A stretch of DNA of 64,000 bases, taken from positions 1-64,000 of the forward strand of contig NZ_MWQY01000012.1 of assembly GCF_002087085.1 (NCBI RefSeq), in the 5' to 3' direction. Each line of letters begins with the position of its first letter. The first letter of the stretch is position 1. This document shows, piece by piece, positions 28,531 to 40,973 of the stretch. The notes under the pieces were generated by a model that was not told where the DNA came from, searched no databases, and worked only from the letters and a program-made list of their open reading frames with translations. Position numbers and translations under genes: made by a program.

Positions 28531-28752
28531 ATGCGCGAAGAGGTTATAAAGGCCATACAGGACGTACGTCCCTCTCTTCAGGCTGACGGCGGCGACATCG
28601 AGTTTGTTGACGTTTCCGACAGCGGAGAAGTTACGGTCAGACTGATGGGTGCGTGTAACGGATGCCCAATGGCACAGATGACCCTGAAGCAGGGTGTAGA
28701 ACAGTACCTGAAAGAAAAAGTACCAGGCGTAGTATCTGTTGATTCAGTATAA
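28531..28752 (+). CDS. NifU-like (Nfu) Fe-S carrier domain protein
   Basis: VRPSLQADGGD...GACNGCP...TLKQGVE. Confidence 0.9.
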   Translation: MREEVIKAIQDVRPSLQADGGDIEFVDVSDSGEVTVRLMGACNGCPMAQMTLKQGVEQYLKEKVPGVVSVDSV

Positions 28753-28896
28753 AGAAGTACATGATATATGCCCTTCCTTACGGGTAACGGGAGGAAGGGT
28801 AAATATCTATCTAAAAAATTCAATAAAATCTCTCTATATGCCGTTAATATCTTTGAGAGTGTTGCTTTCCACTATATCACACAATAAGATGGTCAA

Positions 28897-29961
28897 ATGC
28901 AACAGGTGAAAGATAAAGAACGAACCAGAATAGAAAAACTGATCAGAAGCATCCCCAAAACTGAGATCCATCTCCACCTGGAAGGTCTGGTGAGTGTGGA
29001 TACATTATGGTATTTGATCAATCATAACAAACTTGAATTTGATGGGATTAATACCCGTCAGGACCTGGAACGACAGTTCAATTTCAATAATCTGGACGAG
29101 TTCATCTGGTTTTTTATCAATGTTCTTCAGAATACCTTTAAAACCTCGGAAGATCTCAAGTGTCTGATAAGCGACGCAAAATCATATCTGTCGCGAAACA
29201 ATATTGTCTATGCAGAGATATTCTTTGCCCCGTCTAAATTTCTCCAGAACGGTCTTGATTTCGGGGAGATGATGGGAATTCTCCATGAAGGCGCTCAAAA
29301 AATAAAGTTGGAAGACAATATCGAGATCAAGTTCATCATTGATGTATCCCGAACTTATGGCGTAGAGAATGCTGAACAGAATCTTGCCCTGATCCTTGAG
29401 AATTTTAATGATTCGATAATTGGAATTGGGTTGGGAGGCTCTGAAAGCCAGGGACCCGCAGAACAGTTTGCCACAGTATTTGAAAAAGCCAGAAAAAAGG
29501 GGCTCAAGGTTGTTGCCCATGCAGGGGAAGATGTCGATGCGAGCTCTATCTGGAACAGCCTGAAGAGATTAAAGGCCCAGCGTATAGGCCACGGGATAAG
29601 TGCAAAAGACGACCCCAAACTGATTGAATACCTCAGAAAAACCTGGATTCCCCTCGAGATCTGCCCTACCAGCAACGTATTCACCAGGAAATATGTTCAA
29701 CGTCTTCAAGACCACCCGATTCGCCTGTTTTTCGACAGCGGAGTTAACGTTACTCTCAACACGGATGATCCGACACTTTTTAATATTGAACTGGTTGAGG
29801 AATACTATAACCTGTACCACTACCTGGATTTTACCCTTGAAGAGCTGTTTCAGATAATGAAGAACACCCTCTTTGCGACCTTCCTGCCTGATGAAAAAAA
29901 GGAAGCCCTGTGGGAAAAAACCGCAACTGCTATTAAACGCTCAGGATATCTGGCGCCGTAA
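28897..29961 (+). CDS. add: Adenosine deaminase
   Basis: PKTEIHLHLEG, HAGE, RIGHG, CPTSN, NTDDP. Confidence 0.9.
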   Translation: MQQVKDKERTRIEKLIRSIPKTEIHLHLEGLVSVDTLWYLINHNKLEFDGINTRQDLERQFNFNNLDEFIWFFINVLQNTFKTSEDLKCLISDAKSYLSRNNIVYAEIFFAPSKFLQNGLDFGEMMGILHEGAQKIKLEDNIEIKFIIDVSRTYGVENAEQNLALILENFNDSIIGIGLGGSESQGPAEQFATVFEKARKKGLKVVAHAGEDVDASSIWNSLKRLKAQRIGHGISAKDDPKLIEYLRKTWIPLEICPTSNVFTRKYVQRLQDHPIRLFFDSGVNVTLNTDDPTLFNIELVEEYYNLYHYLDFTLEELFQIMKNTLFATFLPDEKKEALWEKTATAIKRSGYLAP

Positions 29962-29985
29962 TCCCCCGGAAACCTCTTAACAGTA

Positions 29986-30001
29986 TGTTTCACGTGAAAC
30001 C
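29986..30001. other. parS centromere site (15/16)
   Basis: TGTTTCACGTGAAACC, about 1.6 kb from parA. Confidence 0.85.
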
Positions 30002-30035
30002 TGCATTGTAGGATTTCTTTTCCGATTGCATCAGC

Positions 30036-30390
30036 TATACAGTCCATTTCTTTTCGAACGCTAAATATCCGCGCAGAGTGCGCAGAGGTACGCGATAACA
30101 TTACCCTTTTCCCTATCCTCTGCGGCCTCAGCGTGGTTTTTCTTATTCATTCACACATACCATGAATATACAGTCCATCTCTGTTCACACCCACAACATC
30201 CGGGCAGAGTACGCAGAGAGTTTTTGAACGATATTGCTCTCTTCCAGTCTCAGCGGCCTTTGCGTGGTTTTTCTTATTCATATACACATACCATGAGCAT
30301 ACAGTCCATTTCTGTCCAAATAAACAATGTGCGCGCAGAGTACGCAGAGGTCTGCACCGAAGAGCTTTCCTTTCCTCTACAGCCATTGCC
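30036..30390 (+). repeat. Tandem ~131-bp hairpin repeats, left block (3 units, last partial)
   Basis: YATACAGTCCAT at 30036, 30167, 30298; left arms at 30069, 30200, 30331. Confidence 0.9.
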
Positions 30391-30533
30391 TGCACCTCAA
30401 CTTACCAGTATCAAATATTTATAAAGCCATATCTGAGATTAACGGTAATAACAGTTTCAAATAAAGACGATGTTTATTCCAGGAATACTGCCATTCATGA
30501 AGCAATATCAGTTTGTCCTGGTTATATACAGTT

Positions 30534-30962
30534 ATGGAAGAACACAGCAAAATACCAATAATTGATCTTTCCCGCGGATACCAGCGACGGGAAGATATTT
30601 TAACGGAAAAAGTAATCGGAATAGCAATGAAGATCCACAGTTTCTTTGGGCCTGGACTTCTGGAATCATGTTACGAAGGTGCCCTCTGTTACGAACTGCT
30701 TCAGGAAGGCATCTCCTTTGAGCGTCAAAAAGAGATCTTCTGCGTATATAGAGGCGTAGATCTTGGAATAGCATACCGCGCCGACATCATTCTGGAAAAC
30801 CGGGTGGTAATTGAACTGAAAAGCTGTGAGCGGAACCATCCTGTTTTTTGCCGCCAGTTGCTGTCATATCTGAAACTGGCAAATATATCCGTTGGGCTGC
30901 TGATAAATTTTAATGTCCCGCGGTTAGTTGATGGCATTCAGAGAATCGTAAATAATTATTGA
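30534..30962 (+). CDS. GxxExxY protein (PD-(D/E)XK-like nuclease)
   Basis: GPGLLESCY, YRADIILENRVVIELKS, QLLSYL, GLLINF. Confidence 0.9.
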   Translation: MEEHSKIPIIDLSRGYQRREDILTEKVIGIAMKIHSFFGPGLLESCYEGALCYELLQEGISFERQKEIFCVYRGVDLGIAYRADIILENRVVIELKSCERNHPVFCRQLLSYLKLANISVGLLINFNVPRLVDGIQRIVNNY

Positions 30963-30974
30963 GTCAAAAGACAC

Positions 30975-31560
30975 GATTCAAACGACCAATATCCGTACAG
31001 TTACGCGGGGGTTTATACGATATTACCCTCTTCCGGTATCAGCGACCTCGGCATGGTTTCTTCATCGTTCACACATACCAGGTTCAAACAGCCTGTTTCT
31101 GTCCAATCGACAATGTCCGCGCAGAGTGCGCCGAGAACATTTTAGGGTATTGCTCTCTTATTTCCTCTGCGACATCAGCGTGGTTTTTATCGTTCACCCA
31201 TACCAGGATCAAACAGCCTGTTTCTGTCCAAACGACACTTACACCGCGTAGAGTACGCAGAGGTACGCGATGACATTAACCTTTTCCCTAGCCTCTGCGT
31301 CCTCAGCGTGGTTTCTTTATCGTTCACACATACCAGATTCAAACAACCTGTTTCTGTCCAAACGACAATGTCACCGCGTAGAGTACGCAGAGGTACGCGA
31401 TGAAATTACCCTTCTCCCTAGCCTCTGCGGCCTCAACATGGTTTTTCCTTATCGTTTCCACATACCATGGTCGAACAGGCTTTTCTGCACACACGCCCGA
31501 TATCCGCGCAGATTACCCAGAGGTGTACGCGTTGACGCGACCCTTTTCCTTCCCTCTCTT
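30975..31560 (+). repeat. Tandem ~124-132-bp hairpin repeats, right block (5 units)
   Basis: Left arms at 30993, 31117, 31244, 31374, 31504; CATACCA at 31074, 31199, 31329, 31461. Confidence 0.9.
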
Positions 31561-31568
31561 CTTCGCAT

Positions 31569-31600
31569 AAAAAAAGCCCCCCTGTGCGGGAGGCTCTTTT
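31569..31600 (-). terminator. Intrinsic terminator of gyrA
   Basis: AAAAAAAGCCCCCC-TGTGC-GGGAGGCTCTTTT just past the gyrA stop. Confidence 0.7.
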
Positions 31601-31616
31601 TGTTTCACGTGAAACA
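31601..31616. other. parS centromere site (perfect)
   Basis: TGTTTCACGTGAAACA abutting the gyrA stop codon. Confidence 0.92.
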
Positions 31617-34079
31617 TTACTCTTTTTCGGTTTCCGGCTCTTTCTCTTCTTCGTCTTCCTTAACTACCCTGGCCATTCCAATTACAACATCCGGAGGTGT
31701 AATATTGACGATTCGTACCCCAAAGGCCGCTTTTCCCATAACAGAAACATCAGTGGATCGAATTTTTATCGTGTTTCCCTGGGAAGTTATGCATACAATC
31801 TCATCTTCTTCTCTCAGAGATGATACACCCACGACTTCTCCGGTCTTCTCTGATATTTTGTAGGCGATCTGACCGCGGGTTGCCCGTCCGTGGGGATTGA
31901 AATTATCGTAATCGATACGCTTCCCATAACCGTATTCCGAAAGAAGCATCATCTTCTCTTCAGAATGAACGCATAAAACACCTGCAAGTTCATCCTCTTT
32001 CTGCAGTTTTATTCCCTGCACTCCCCGGGACGCCCTTCCCATGGCTCTCACAGCCTCTTCATGAAAGCGCAATGCCATACCATGCTTCGAGACCATCACC
32101 AGATCATTATCTCCTCCGGTGAGCTGTGCACTGATTAACCGATCCCCGGAATCCAGGTTAATAGCCCGGATACCGCGGGTACGGGCGTTGGAAAAGTCGC
32201 TGATTTTTACCTTCTTAACCACGCCCCTGCTGGTTCCCATAAACAGGTACCCTTTCTGTTCAAAATCAGTTATCGAAACAACTGCAGTGATCTCTTCGTC
32301 AGCGGATATCTGCAGCAGAGCTCGGATATTCGTTCCCCTGGCATGACGGGACCCTTCGGGTATCTCATGTACCTTAAGCCAGTAGGCTTTACCTTCACTG
32401 GTGATAAACAGGATATAATCATGGGTAGAGGCAATAAACAGGTTCTCGATAAAGTCCTCATCACGAAGATTTGCGGACATCGATCCCTTGCCGCCACGGC
32501 CCTGATTCTTGTAGGCACTAACCGGAACACGTTTTATCATGCCCCGATTCGTAGTCAAAACCACCATGTCCTCTTTCTTGATCAGGTCTTCAATATTGAT
32601 CTCTTCGACCTCGTCAATAAGGATCTCTGTTCGCCGGTCGTCCCCGAATTTCTCCGCGATTTCCAGGGTTTCCTCTTTAACAACATTCAGGATCTTTTTC
32701 GGATCAGACAGGAGATCCTTGAAATAGGCTATCTGGGCCCGTACCTCATTCAATTCGTCTATGATTTTCTGGGTTTCAAGGCTGGTCAGCTTCTGGAGGC
32801 GCATATCAAGAATCGCCTGGGCCTGCTTTTCTGAAAGCTCAAAAGCCTTCATCAGGTTTTCCCGTGCGGTATCGACATTGCGGGAAGATTTAATAATCTG
32901 GATAACCTCGTCTATATTGTCCAGAGCAATCTTCAATCCGATCAGGATATGTTCCCGCTCCTCCGCCCTGCGCAGGTCATATCTCGTTCTGCGGGTAACA
33001 ACCTCTTCCCGGTGCTCGACAAAATAGACAACAGCATCTTTCAGGGTAAGTACCTGTGGTCTTCCCTTTACAAGAGCCAGGTTGTTGACATTAAAATTCT
33101 GCTGCAGTGCCGTATGGGTAAAGAGCTGATTCAGAATGATCTTTGGAATCGCACCTTTTTTCAGTTCGATCACCATACGCATTCCGTTCCGGTCAGATTC
33201 ATCCCGCAGATCAGATATACCGTCGATCTTGCGGTCCCGGGTCAGCTCTGCGATCCGGATAAGAAGATTTGCCTTGTTAACCGCATAGGGCAGCTCGGTT
33301 ACGATTATTCGCTCCCTGCCGTTCTTCATCTGTTCAAGCACAAAGCGCGCCCGAACAACGATTTTTCCTTTCCCGGTCTTGCAGGCTTTCTTTATTCCCC
33401 GTCGGCCGAAGATGATTCCACCGGTGGGAAAATCAGGTCCCTTAATGTACTGCATCAGCTCATCGATGGTAATTTCCGGATTCTCGATGTAGGCTGCTAT
33501 CCCTTTACAGATTTCATTCAGGTTGTGAGGAGGAATATTGGTGGCCATACCCACGGCGATTCCGCTTGCTCCGTTTGCCAGCATGTAGGGAAAGGCCGCA
33601 GGCAGTACCAGCGGTTCATCCATGGAATCGTCATAGTTGGGACCAAAATCGACGGTTTCCTTCTTGATATCCCGAACCATCTCTTCTGCAACACGCTGCA
33701 ACCGAGATTCGGTGTATCGCATTGCCGCCGGGGGATCCCCGTCGATAGAACCAAAGTTGCCCTGTCCGTTGACCACCGGGTAGCGCATGGAAAAATCCTG
33801 GGCCAATCGAACCAGGGCATCATATACCGAGGCATCACCATGGGGATGAAATTTACCCAGAACATCCCCGACAATACGCGCACACTTCTTGGGCGGCCGG
33901 TCATAGCGGAGTCCCATCTCGCTCATACCGTAGAGAATCCGGCGGTGAACCGGCTTCAACCCGTCCCGTACATCAGGAAGAGCCCGGCTTACGATGACCG
34001 ACATGGCATAGTTTAAATAGGATTCCTTAATTTCATCCTCAATGGCTATGGGTATAGTTTTCCCGACAGTCTCTTCCAT
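31617..34079 (-). CDS. gyrA: DNA gyrase subunit A
   Basis: [28 protein letters not shown], GyrA-box-like QGRGGKG. Confidence 0.97.
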   Translation of the reverse strand: MEETVGKTIPIAIEDEIKESYLNYAMSVIVSRALPDVRDGLKPVHRRILYGMSEMGLRYDRPPKKCARIVGDVLGKFHPHGDASVYDALVRLAQDFSMRYPVVNGQGNFGSIDGDPPAAMRYTESRLQRVAEEMVRDIKKETVDFGPNYDDSMDEPLVLPAAFPYMLANGASGIAVGMATNIPPHNLNEICKGIAAYIENPEITIDELMQYIKGPDFPTGGIIFGRRGIKKACKTGKGKIVVRARFVLEQMKNGRERIIVTELPYAVNKANLLIRIAELTRDRKIDGISDLRDESDRNGMRMVIELKKGAIPKIILNQLFTHTALQQNFNVNNLALVKGRPQVLTLKDAVVYFVEHREEVVTRRTRYDLRRAEEREHILIGLKIALDNIDEVIQIIKSSRNVDTARENLMKAFELSEKQAQAILDMRLQKLTSLETQKIIDELNEVRAQIAYFKDLLSDPKKILNVVKEETLEIAEKFGDDRRTEILIDEVEEINIEDLIKKEDMVVLTTNRGMIKRVPVSAYKNQGRGGKGSMSANLRDEDFIENLFIASTHDYILFITSEGKAYWLKVHEIPEGSRHARGTNIRALLQISADEEITAVVSITDFEQKGYLFMGTSRGVVKKVKISDFSNARTRGIRAINLDSGDRLISAQLTGGDNDLVMVSKHGMALRFHEEAVRAMGRASRGVQGIKLQKEDELAGVLCVHSEEKMMLLSEYGYGKRIDYDNFNPHGRATRGQIAYKISEKTGEVVGVSSLREEDEIVCITSQGNTIKIRSTDVSVMGKAAFGVRIVNITPPDVVIGMARVVKEDEEEKEPETEKE

Positions 34080-34100
34080 CTGGATCTCCTTAGTTAACTG

Positions 34101-36017
<1,917 letters not shown>

Positions 36018-36151
36018 CTATGCGGAATGAGGGATGCCAAAGTATACCTGCGAAGAAAAAAAAAGTAAAGTAAATGGAATCTTGCAATCTGCCGGACCAT
36101 AAGATACACTGATCTTTACCTGTTTTTGACCGCCGCGTCTTCAGTAAAAGA

Positions 36152-36171
36152 TGTTAACAAGTTGTGGATAA
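36152..36171. promoter_or_regulatory. Tandem DnaA boxes upstream of dnaA
   Basis: TGTTAACAA-GT-TGTGGATAA, with a perfect box at 36163-36171, in an AT-rich intergenic region. Confidence 0.75.
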
Positions 36172-36408
36172 TGGCATTTTTAAGGCAGATGTAGACGATA
36201 GTTTTTTATAAATGGAGATTTCGGAAAAAATATTGCTTCATTTTTGTTAAGATGTATTTTGTAAATATTTGTATAGCAAATAATTATGAATTCATCCTTT
36301 TTTCCGGTTCTTCCTGTCTATATTTATGAACTTTTATATGGTAAAAATATTTCATGCGTAATATGTGGATATGTTGTTAATATATTGGGAATATACGGAG
36401 ATAAAGAT

Positions 36409-37860
36409 ATGAACAGCGTCGACTGGGACTATAGTCTGTTCTGGAAAGAGGCTTTGCAGCAGCTACGTCATGATCTCTCTGAACAGGAGTTCATGATGTG
36501 GTTCAAGAATTTACGATACGAGTCCTCCAGACAGGATTCAATCATACTCGCCGTTCCTTCTGTCTTTTACCGGGATCAGGTAAAACAGCGCTACCAGCGT
36601 ATAATCGAATCAAAATTGCAGGAACTGAGCGGAAGTCCCATCGGTATTGATTATGTAATACAGGCTATGGAAAGTGCTGTTCCCACCGACAACAACGGGA
36701 ACAACGGCAACATAAAAGAAATAAGAACAGAAGAAGTCTCCAGAGCGGTTCAGCCCAACGCTGCCCCGCCAATCCAGACCAGAGCCTCCGTGGCTGCAGA
36801 AAGAACCCTGCCCCGGCAGAAGCACCCCCATCTGCGGGGAGATTACACTTTCGAAAACTTCGTCATTGGAGAGAACAACTCCTTTGCCGCCAATGCGGCC
36901 ATTGCAATTGCCAAGAATCCCGGTACCTCCTACAACCCCTGTCTGATCTACGGCGGAGTCGGTCTTGGCAAGACGCATCTTGTCCAGTCCATTGGAAATG
37001 CTGCTCATATGAACTTTGACGCCTTCAAGGTGGTCTATGTCACCTCCGAAACCTTTACCAACGAGTTCATCCAGGCCATCAAGGATGGTAAGAACGCCCA
37101 GTTCAAAAGCCGCTATCGAAACGTTGACCTGCTGCTGATCGACGACATCCAGTTTCTCCAGGGAAAGGACCAGACCCAGGAGGAGCTCTTCCACACCTTT
37201 AACGCCCTCTACGACGCCAACAAGCAGATGGTCTTTACCTGCGATCGTCCGGTATCGGAACTGAAAAACCTTACCGCCCGTTTGCAGAGCAGGTTCGAGC
37301 GGGGTCTGAATGTAGACCTTCAGCCTCCCAACTTCGAAACACGCTACGCCATTCTGAAGCGAAAGATAGAAGAAAAAGGGGTGGATATATCCGACGAGGT
37401 AATTACCCTCATCTGCAATCGGATTACCACGAATGTCCGTGATCTCGAGGCGGCCCTCACCAAACTGATCGCCTATGCGGATCTCCTGAATAAGCGGGTT
37501 ACCCTGGAGATTGCCGAACAGCAGTTGAAGGATGTTTTTAACAACACCCGAACGGGAAATATCTCCATCGATGTAATACAGAAGGTCGTGGCGGATCACT
37601 ACAGTCTTTCTCATAACGACATGCGGGGAAAAAAGCGTACCAAAGCCATCGCCTTCCCCCGGCAGATTGCCATGTACATCGTCAGGGAGATTACCGAATA
37701 CTCCACCACCGAGGTAGGACTCGCCTTCGGAGGACGAGACCATACTACGGTCATGCACGCCTGCCAGCGGGTGGAGAGTCGCATGAAGACCGATTCTGCT
37801 CTGGAACCGACAATTCAGCAGCTGATCAGGTCAATAAAAGAGTATGGAACAAACTCTTAG
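36409..37860 (+). CDS. dnaA: Chromosomal replication initiator DnaA
   Basis: YTFENFV, YGGVGLGKTH, LLIDDIQF, GGRDHTTVMHA; GGAG RBS before ATG 36409. Confidence 0.97.
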   Translation: MNSVDWDYSLFWKEALQQLRHDLSEQEFMMWFKNLRYESSRQDSIILAVPSVFYRDQVKQRYQRIIESKLQELSGSPIGIDYVIQAMESAVPTDNNGNNGNIKEIRTEEVSRAVQPNAAPPIQTRASVAAERTLPRQKHPHLRGDYTFENFVIGENNSFAANAAIAIAKNPGTSYNPCLIYGGVGLGKTHLVQSIGNAAHMNFDAFKVVYVTSETFTNEFIQAIKDGKNAQFKSRYRNVDLLLIDDIQFLQGKDQTQEELFHTFNALYDANKQMVFTCDRPVSELKNLTARLQSRFERGLNVDLQPPNFETRYAILKRKIEEKGVDISDEVITLICNRITTNVRDLEAALTKLIAYADLLNKRVTLEIAEQQLKDVFNNTRTGNISIDVIQKVVADHYSLSHNDMRGKKRTKAIAFPRQIAMYIVREITEYSTTEVGLAFGGRDHTTVMHACQRVESRMKTDSALEPTIQQLIRSIKEYGTNS

Positions 37861-38068
37861 AAACATGGTAATACTATGGGGATAACATCAGAAAGCCAAA
37901 GTTTCCGGGGATACTGTGTATGAATTGTGGAATCAGGATGCCTGTTTATTCAGATACCAAAGGCTTGTCAAAACAGGATTTATACGGCTTTTCCACAAAC
38001 TCACAGGCCCTACTACTATTACTGCTATATTTATTAAAAAATAAGATAATACAAGGAGACATGAAAAT
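37861..38068. other. oriC unwinding region (DnaA boxes + DnaA-trios)
   Basis: TTTTCCACA-AACTCACA-GGCCC-TACTACTATTACTGCTATA at 37989-38029 followed by an AT-rich tract; further degenerate boxes nearby. Confidence 0.8.
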
Positions 38069-39172
38069 ATGAAATTTACCTGCGATAAAGCGAGTATTCT
38101 TCGGGAAGTTTCCGTTGCCCAGGAGATCATCTCATCTCGAAACGCCCTCTCCATACTATCCAACGTCCTGATCGAAGTCGCGGATAACACCCTAACCCTG
38201 AAAGCTACGGATCTGAAGGTCGGCTTTGAGACGCAGGTTCCTGTAGAGGTCGCGGTCCCCGGCAGTACCACGATCTACTGTGACAAATTCCTTGGAATTC
38301 TCCGCAGTCTGCCCGACGGTGAGATTGAGTTCGAACAGCAGGATAATCGGCTTATTATCCGGCCTCTCTTTAAAAAGATTGATTTTCAGCTCAAGAGCAT
38401 CACCTCGGACAAATATCCGGAGATTCAGGATGTCTCTCAGGACGCCTATTTTCAGGTCCCTCAGAACGACCTGATCGAGATGATCAATCAGACCATCTTT
38501 GCCATCTCCGACGACGAGACCCGTTTCTTCATGAACGGGGTCTATTTCGAAAAGAGCGATTCCTCCCTTGTAATGGTCGCCACCGACGGAAGGAGGCTGT
38601 CCTACATCATGAAAGAGGTCGACGGCAGTATCCCTGATTTCAACGGCGTGATTATTCCGCCGAAGATCCTCAACCTGGTACGGAAACTGGCTTCCGGCCA
38701 GGGAAGCATCAGCATCGCCGTTACGGACAAGAATATCTTTATGCAGTTTGACAACCAGAAGGTTTCGTCCAACCTTATCGAAGGGCAGTTTCCCAATTAC
38801 AGGCGGGTTATTCCCGATTCTCAGGAGTATCGCATCGTAATCAACCGGAATGAGCTGATGGACGCCCTCCGGCGCGTATCGCTGCTGGTGGAACAGAAAT
38901 CACGACGGGTCTACCTGACCCTGAATGAGAACAGCCTGGTGCTGAACTCCGAAGAGAGCGAAATCGGTGTTGCCAGGGAAGAGATCACCTGTGAATATTC
39001 AGGTCCGGAGGCTACTATTGCTCTGAACTACCTGTATCTTACGGATCCCCTCAAGGTGATCGACAACGAAGAAATTGCCATTGAGTATACCGAAGCAAAC
39101 AAGGCCATATCCATTATGTCGATTCCTGCGGGGGACTACTTCCATATTGTAATGCCCATGCAGCTTGACTGA
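38069..39172 (+). CDS. dnaN: DNA polymerase III beta clamp
   Basis: ATDLKV, VATDGRRL, LIEGQFPNY, IVMPMQL. Confidence 0.95.
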   Translation: MKFTCDKASILREVSVAQEIISSRNALSILSNVLIEVADNTLTLKATDLKVGFETQVPVEVAVPGSTTIYCDKFLGILRSLPDGEIEFEQQDNRLIIRPLFKKIDFQLKSITSDKYPEIQDVSQDAYFQVPQNDLIEMINQTIFAISDDETRFFMNGVYFEKSDSSLVMVATDGRRLSYIMKEVDGSIPDFNGVIIPPKILNLVRKLASGQGSISIAVTDKNIFMQFDNQKVSSNLIEGQFPNYRRVIPDSQEYRIVINRNELMDALRRVSLLVEQKSRRVYLTLNENSLVLNSEESEIGVAREEITCEYSGPEATIALNYLYLTDPLKVIDNEEIAIEYTEANKAISIMSIPAGDYFHIVMPMQLD

Positions 39173-40251
39173 TGGGTTTCCGTCGCGTCGCCGTCTACGG
39201 ATATCGTAATCTTCAGGATGCGGCTGTTGACACCGGGGCGGAGGAAATTTTTCTTGTCGGGGAAAACGGCCAGGGAAAGACAAACTTTCTCGAGGCCGTT
39301 TATTTTCTCTCCTTTGGAAGTTCCTTCCGTTCAGCGGCGGATTTCCTGGTTCCCCGGGATGATGGAAAGGAATTTTCCGTCCGGGGAATCTTCCAGGACA
39401 GTGAACGGGAGATCGATATCGCCCTAAAATATCAGGGCAGAAAAAAAGAGATCCGCCTGGACGGTAAACAGATCAGGGACCGGAAGGAACTGGTATCCAA
39501 CGTACCCTGTATTGTATTTACCCACGGGGATATCGATTTTGTCGCCGGCCGTCCGGAGCGGCGGCGCTGGTTTATCAATCAGATCATGAGTCTTTTCAAT
39601 CCCCTCTTCATCGATCTTTTGCGCAGTTATAACCGTCTGATAAAACAGAAGAATCAGGTTCTCAAGGAGGGACCGGCATCACTGCTGGACAGCTATGATC
39701 TGCAGATAGCCCGGGCGGGCCTCGAGATTCAGCGCCGACGCCGGGAGACCATTCAGGATTTTAATCGTACCTTCAGTCGTCTCTTCGGGGAAATTTCAAG
39801 ATTTTCCGGAGAACTGACGATTGAATATCGTCCGTCCTGGAAGGCAGCAGAGGATGAGGAGCATGTTGTACGTCTCCTCGCATCTCAGCGGGGTCGCGAC
39901 CTTGACCAGGGCATGTGCACCAGCGGCCCCCACCGTGACCGAATTCGCTTTGTCCACCAGGGCAACGACTACGTTCAGACCGCCTCCACCGGGCAGCTGA
40001 GGCTGATTTCTCTTGTACTCCGGGTTGCTCAGAGCATCTTTTTTTCCGAAAAAACCCGCAAAAAGCCGGTTCTTCTTCTGGACGATGTACTCCTTGAGCT
40101 GGATCTTGAACGGCGAAAACGCTTTCTTGCCTCCCTGCCCGCGTATGAACAGGCTTTTTTTACCTTCCTTCCGGATGAACCCTACCGGGAATACCGCAAA
40201 CCCGGGACCCTGATTTTACAGGTAAAATCTGGTATACTGACGCCCGTATGA
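39172..40251 (+). CDS. recF: DNA replication/repair protein RecF
   Basis: YRNL, GENGQGKTNFLEA, GPHRD, LLLDDV. Confidence 0.93.
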   Translation: MGFRRVAVYGYRNLQDAAVDTGAEEIFLVGENGQGKTNFLEAVYFLSFGSSFRSAADFLVPRDDGKEFSVRGIFQDSEREIDIALKYQGRKKEIRLDGKQIRDRKELVSNVPCIVFTHGDIDFVAGRPERRRWFINQIMSLFNPLFIDLLRSYNRLIKQKNQVLKEGPASLLDSYDLQIARAGLEIQRRRRETIQDFNRTFSRLFGEISRFSGELTIEYRPSWKAAEDEEHVVRLLASQRGRDLDQGMCTSGPHRDRIRFVHQGNDYVQTASTGQLRLISLVLRVAQSIFFSEKTRKKPVLLLDDVLLELDLERRKRFLASLPAYEQAFFTFLPDEPYREYRKPGTLILQVKSGILTPV

Positions 40252-40703
40252 AACGGGCCCGGGAACTTGTAGAACAGCTTTTCCAGAACATAAATCATGA
40301 GGATCTGAAGATCTACGGACGAATCTTCTCATCCTGGACAGACCTTGCGGGAACCGATCTTGCGGCCCATTCAAGAATCCTCGAAATCGACCGGGGTATC
40401 GTCTTTGTCGGGGTCGATCACCCGGGCTGGATGCAGATGATCAGCATGCGCAAGGCACGTATCCTGTCGGGCATAAAAAAGCAGTATCCTTCCCTGGAGA
40501 TCCGGGATCTGCGTTTTCTTCTGATCGACGGAGTACCCGAAGAGGAGCTTCAGAAACGTTTCGGTGCTGTGCAGCCGGAAAAAACTGAAGCCGCACAACA
40601 GGAAACGGACAGTAGCGAAGGAGCTCAGGAAGCGAAACCGCCGGAAGACTTCAAAAAAAAGCTTGAGAAACTGGGTAAATCCATCGAAAAGAAGTGGAAA
40701 TAG
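40248..40703 (+). CDS. dciA: DciA/DUF721 family protein
   Basis: WTDLAGTDLAAHSR...VDHPGWMQ; located after recF. Confidence 0.75.
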   Translation: MKRARELVEQLFQNINHEDLKIYGRIFSSWTDLAGTDLAAHSRILEIDRGIVFVGVDHPGWMQMISMRKARILSGIKKQYPSLEIRDLRFLLIDGVPEEELQKRFGAVQPEKTEAAQQETDSSEGAQEAKPPEDFKKKLEKLGKSIEKKWK

Positions 40704-40721
40704 GGGGGCGCGAATGAAGCA

Positions 40722-40973
40722 TGCGGAACGGACGAAACCGCCTGCACTCGGGATAACGTTTCAGCGGCTTCGCCCGTTCCGCACTTCGTTGCTGGTGGAT
40801 GTTTTATGCAGCATACCCCTAAAAAAATGCTAAAAAGGTGCCGTGGTTCCGTCAGAAGATCACCTATGAAAGCAGGGGAGCTAAACGGCGGATAGATTCT
40901 GATCAGAGAAAACGGCAAAGACCGCGAAACGTTCTCCTGAGTGAAGCGGTCTTTAGTTGTTTTCTCTGATCAG
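40722..40973. repeat. Pair of inverted REP-like hairpins with shared loop motif
   Basis: Hairpins 40722-40783 and 40899-40973; loops CACTCGGGATAACGTTTC (+) and CACTCAGGAGAACGTTTC (-). Confidence 0.6.

Noticed and set aside
30036..31560. CRISPR array
   Set aside because: Units are ~130 bp, degenerate along their length, and the variable loops are related to each other rather than unique spacers. No cas genes are present.
30147..31863. Short ORFs across the repeat array (30147..30395, 30224..30424, 30959..31273, 31270..31863)
   Set aside because: They are translations of the DNA repeat. The 131-bp period is not a multiple of 3 and no protein motifs are visible.
36286..36408. Extended dnaA N-terminus from the ORF track
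   Set aside because: AT-rich promoter-like sequence; the GGAG RBS supports ATG 36409.
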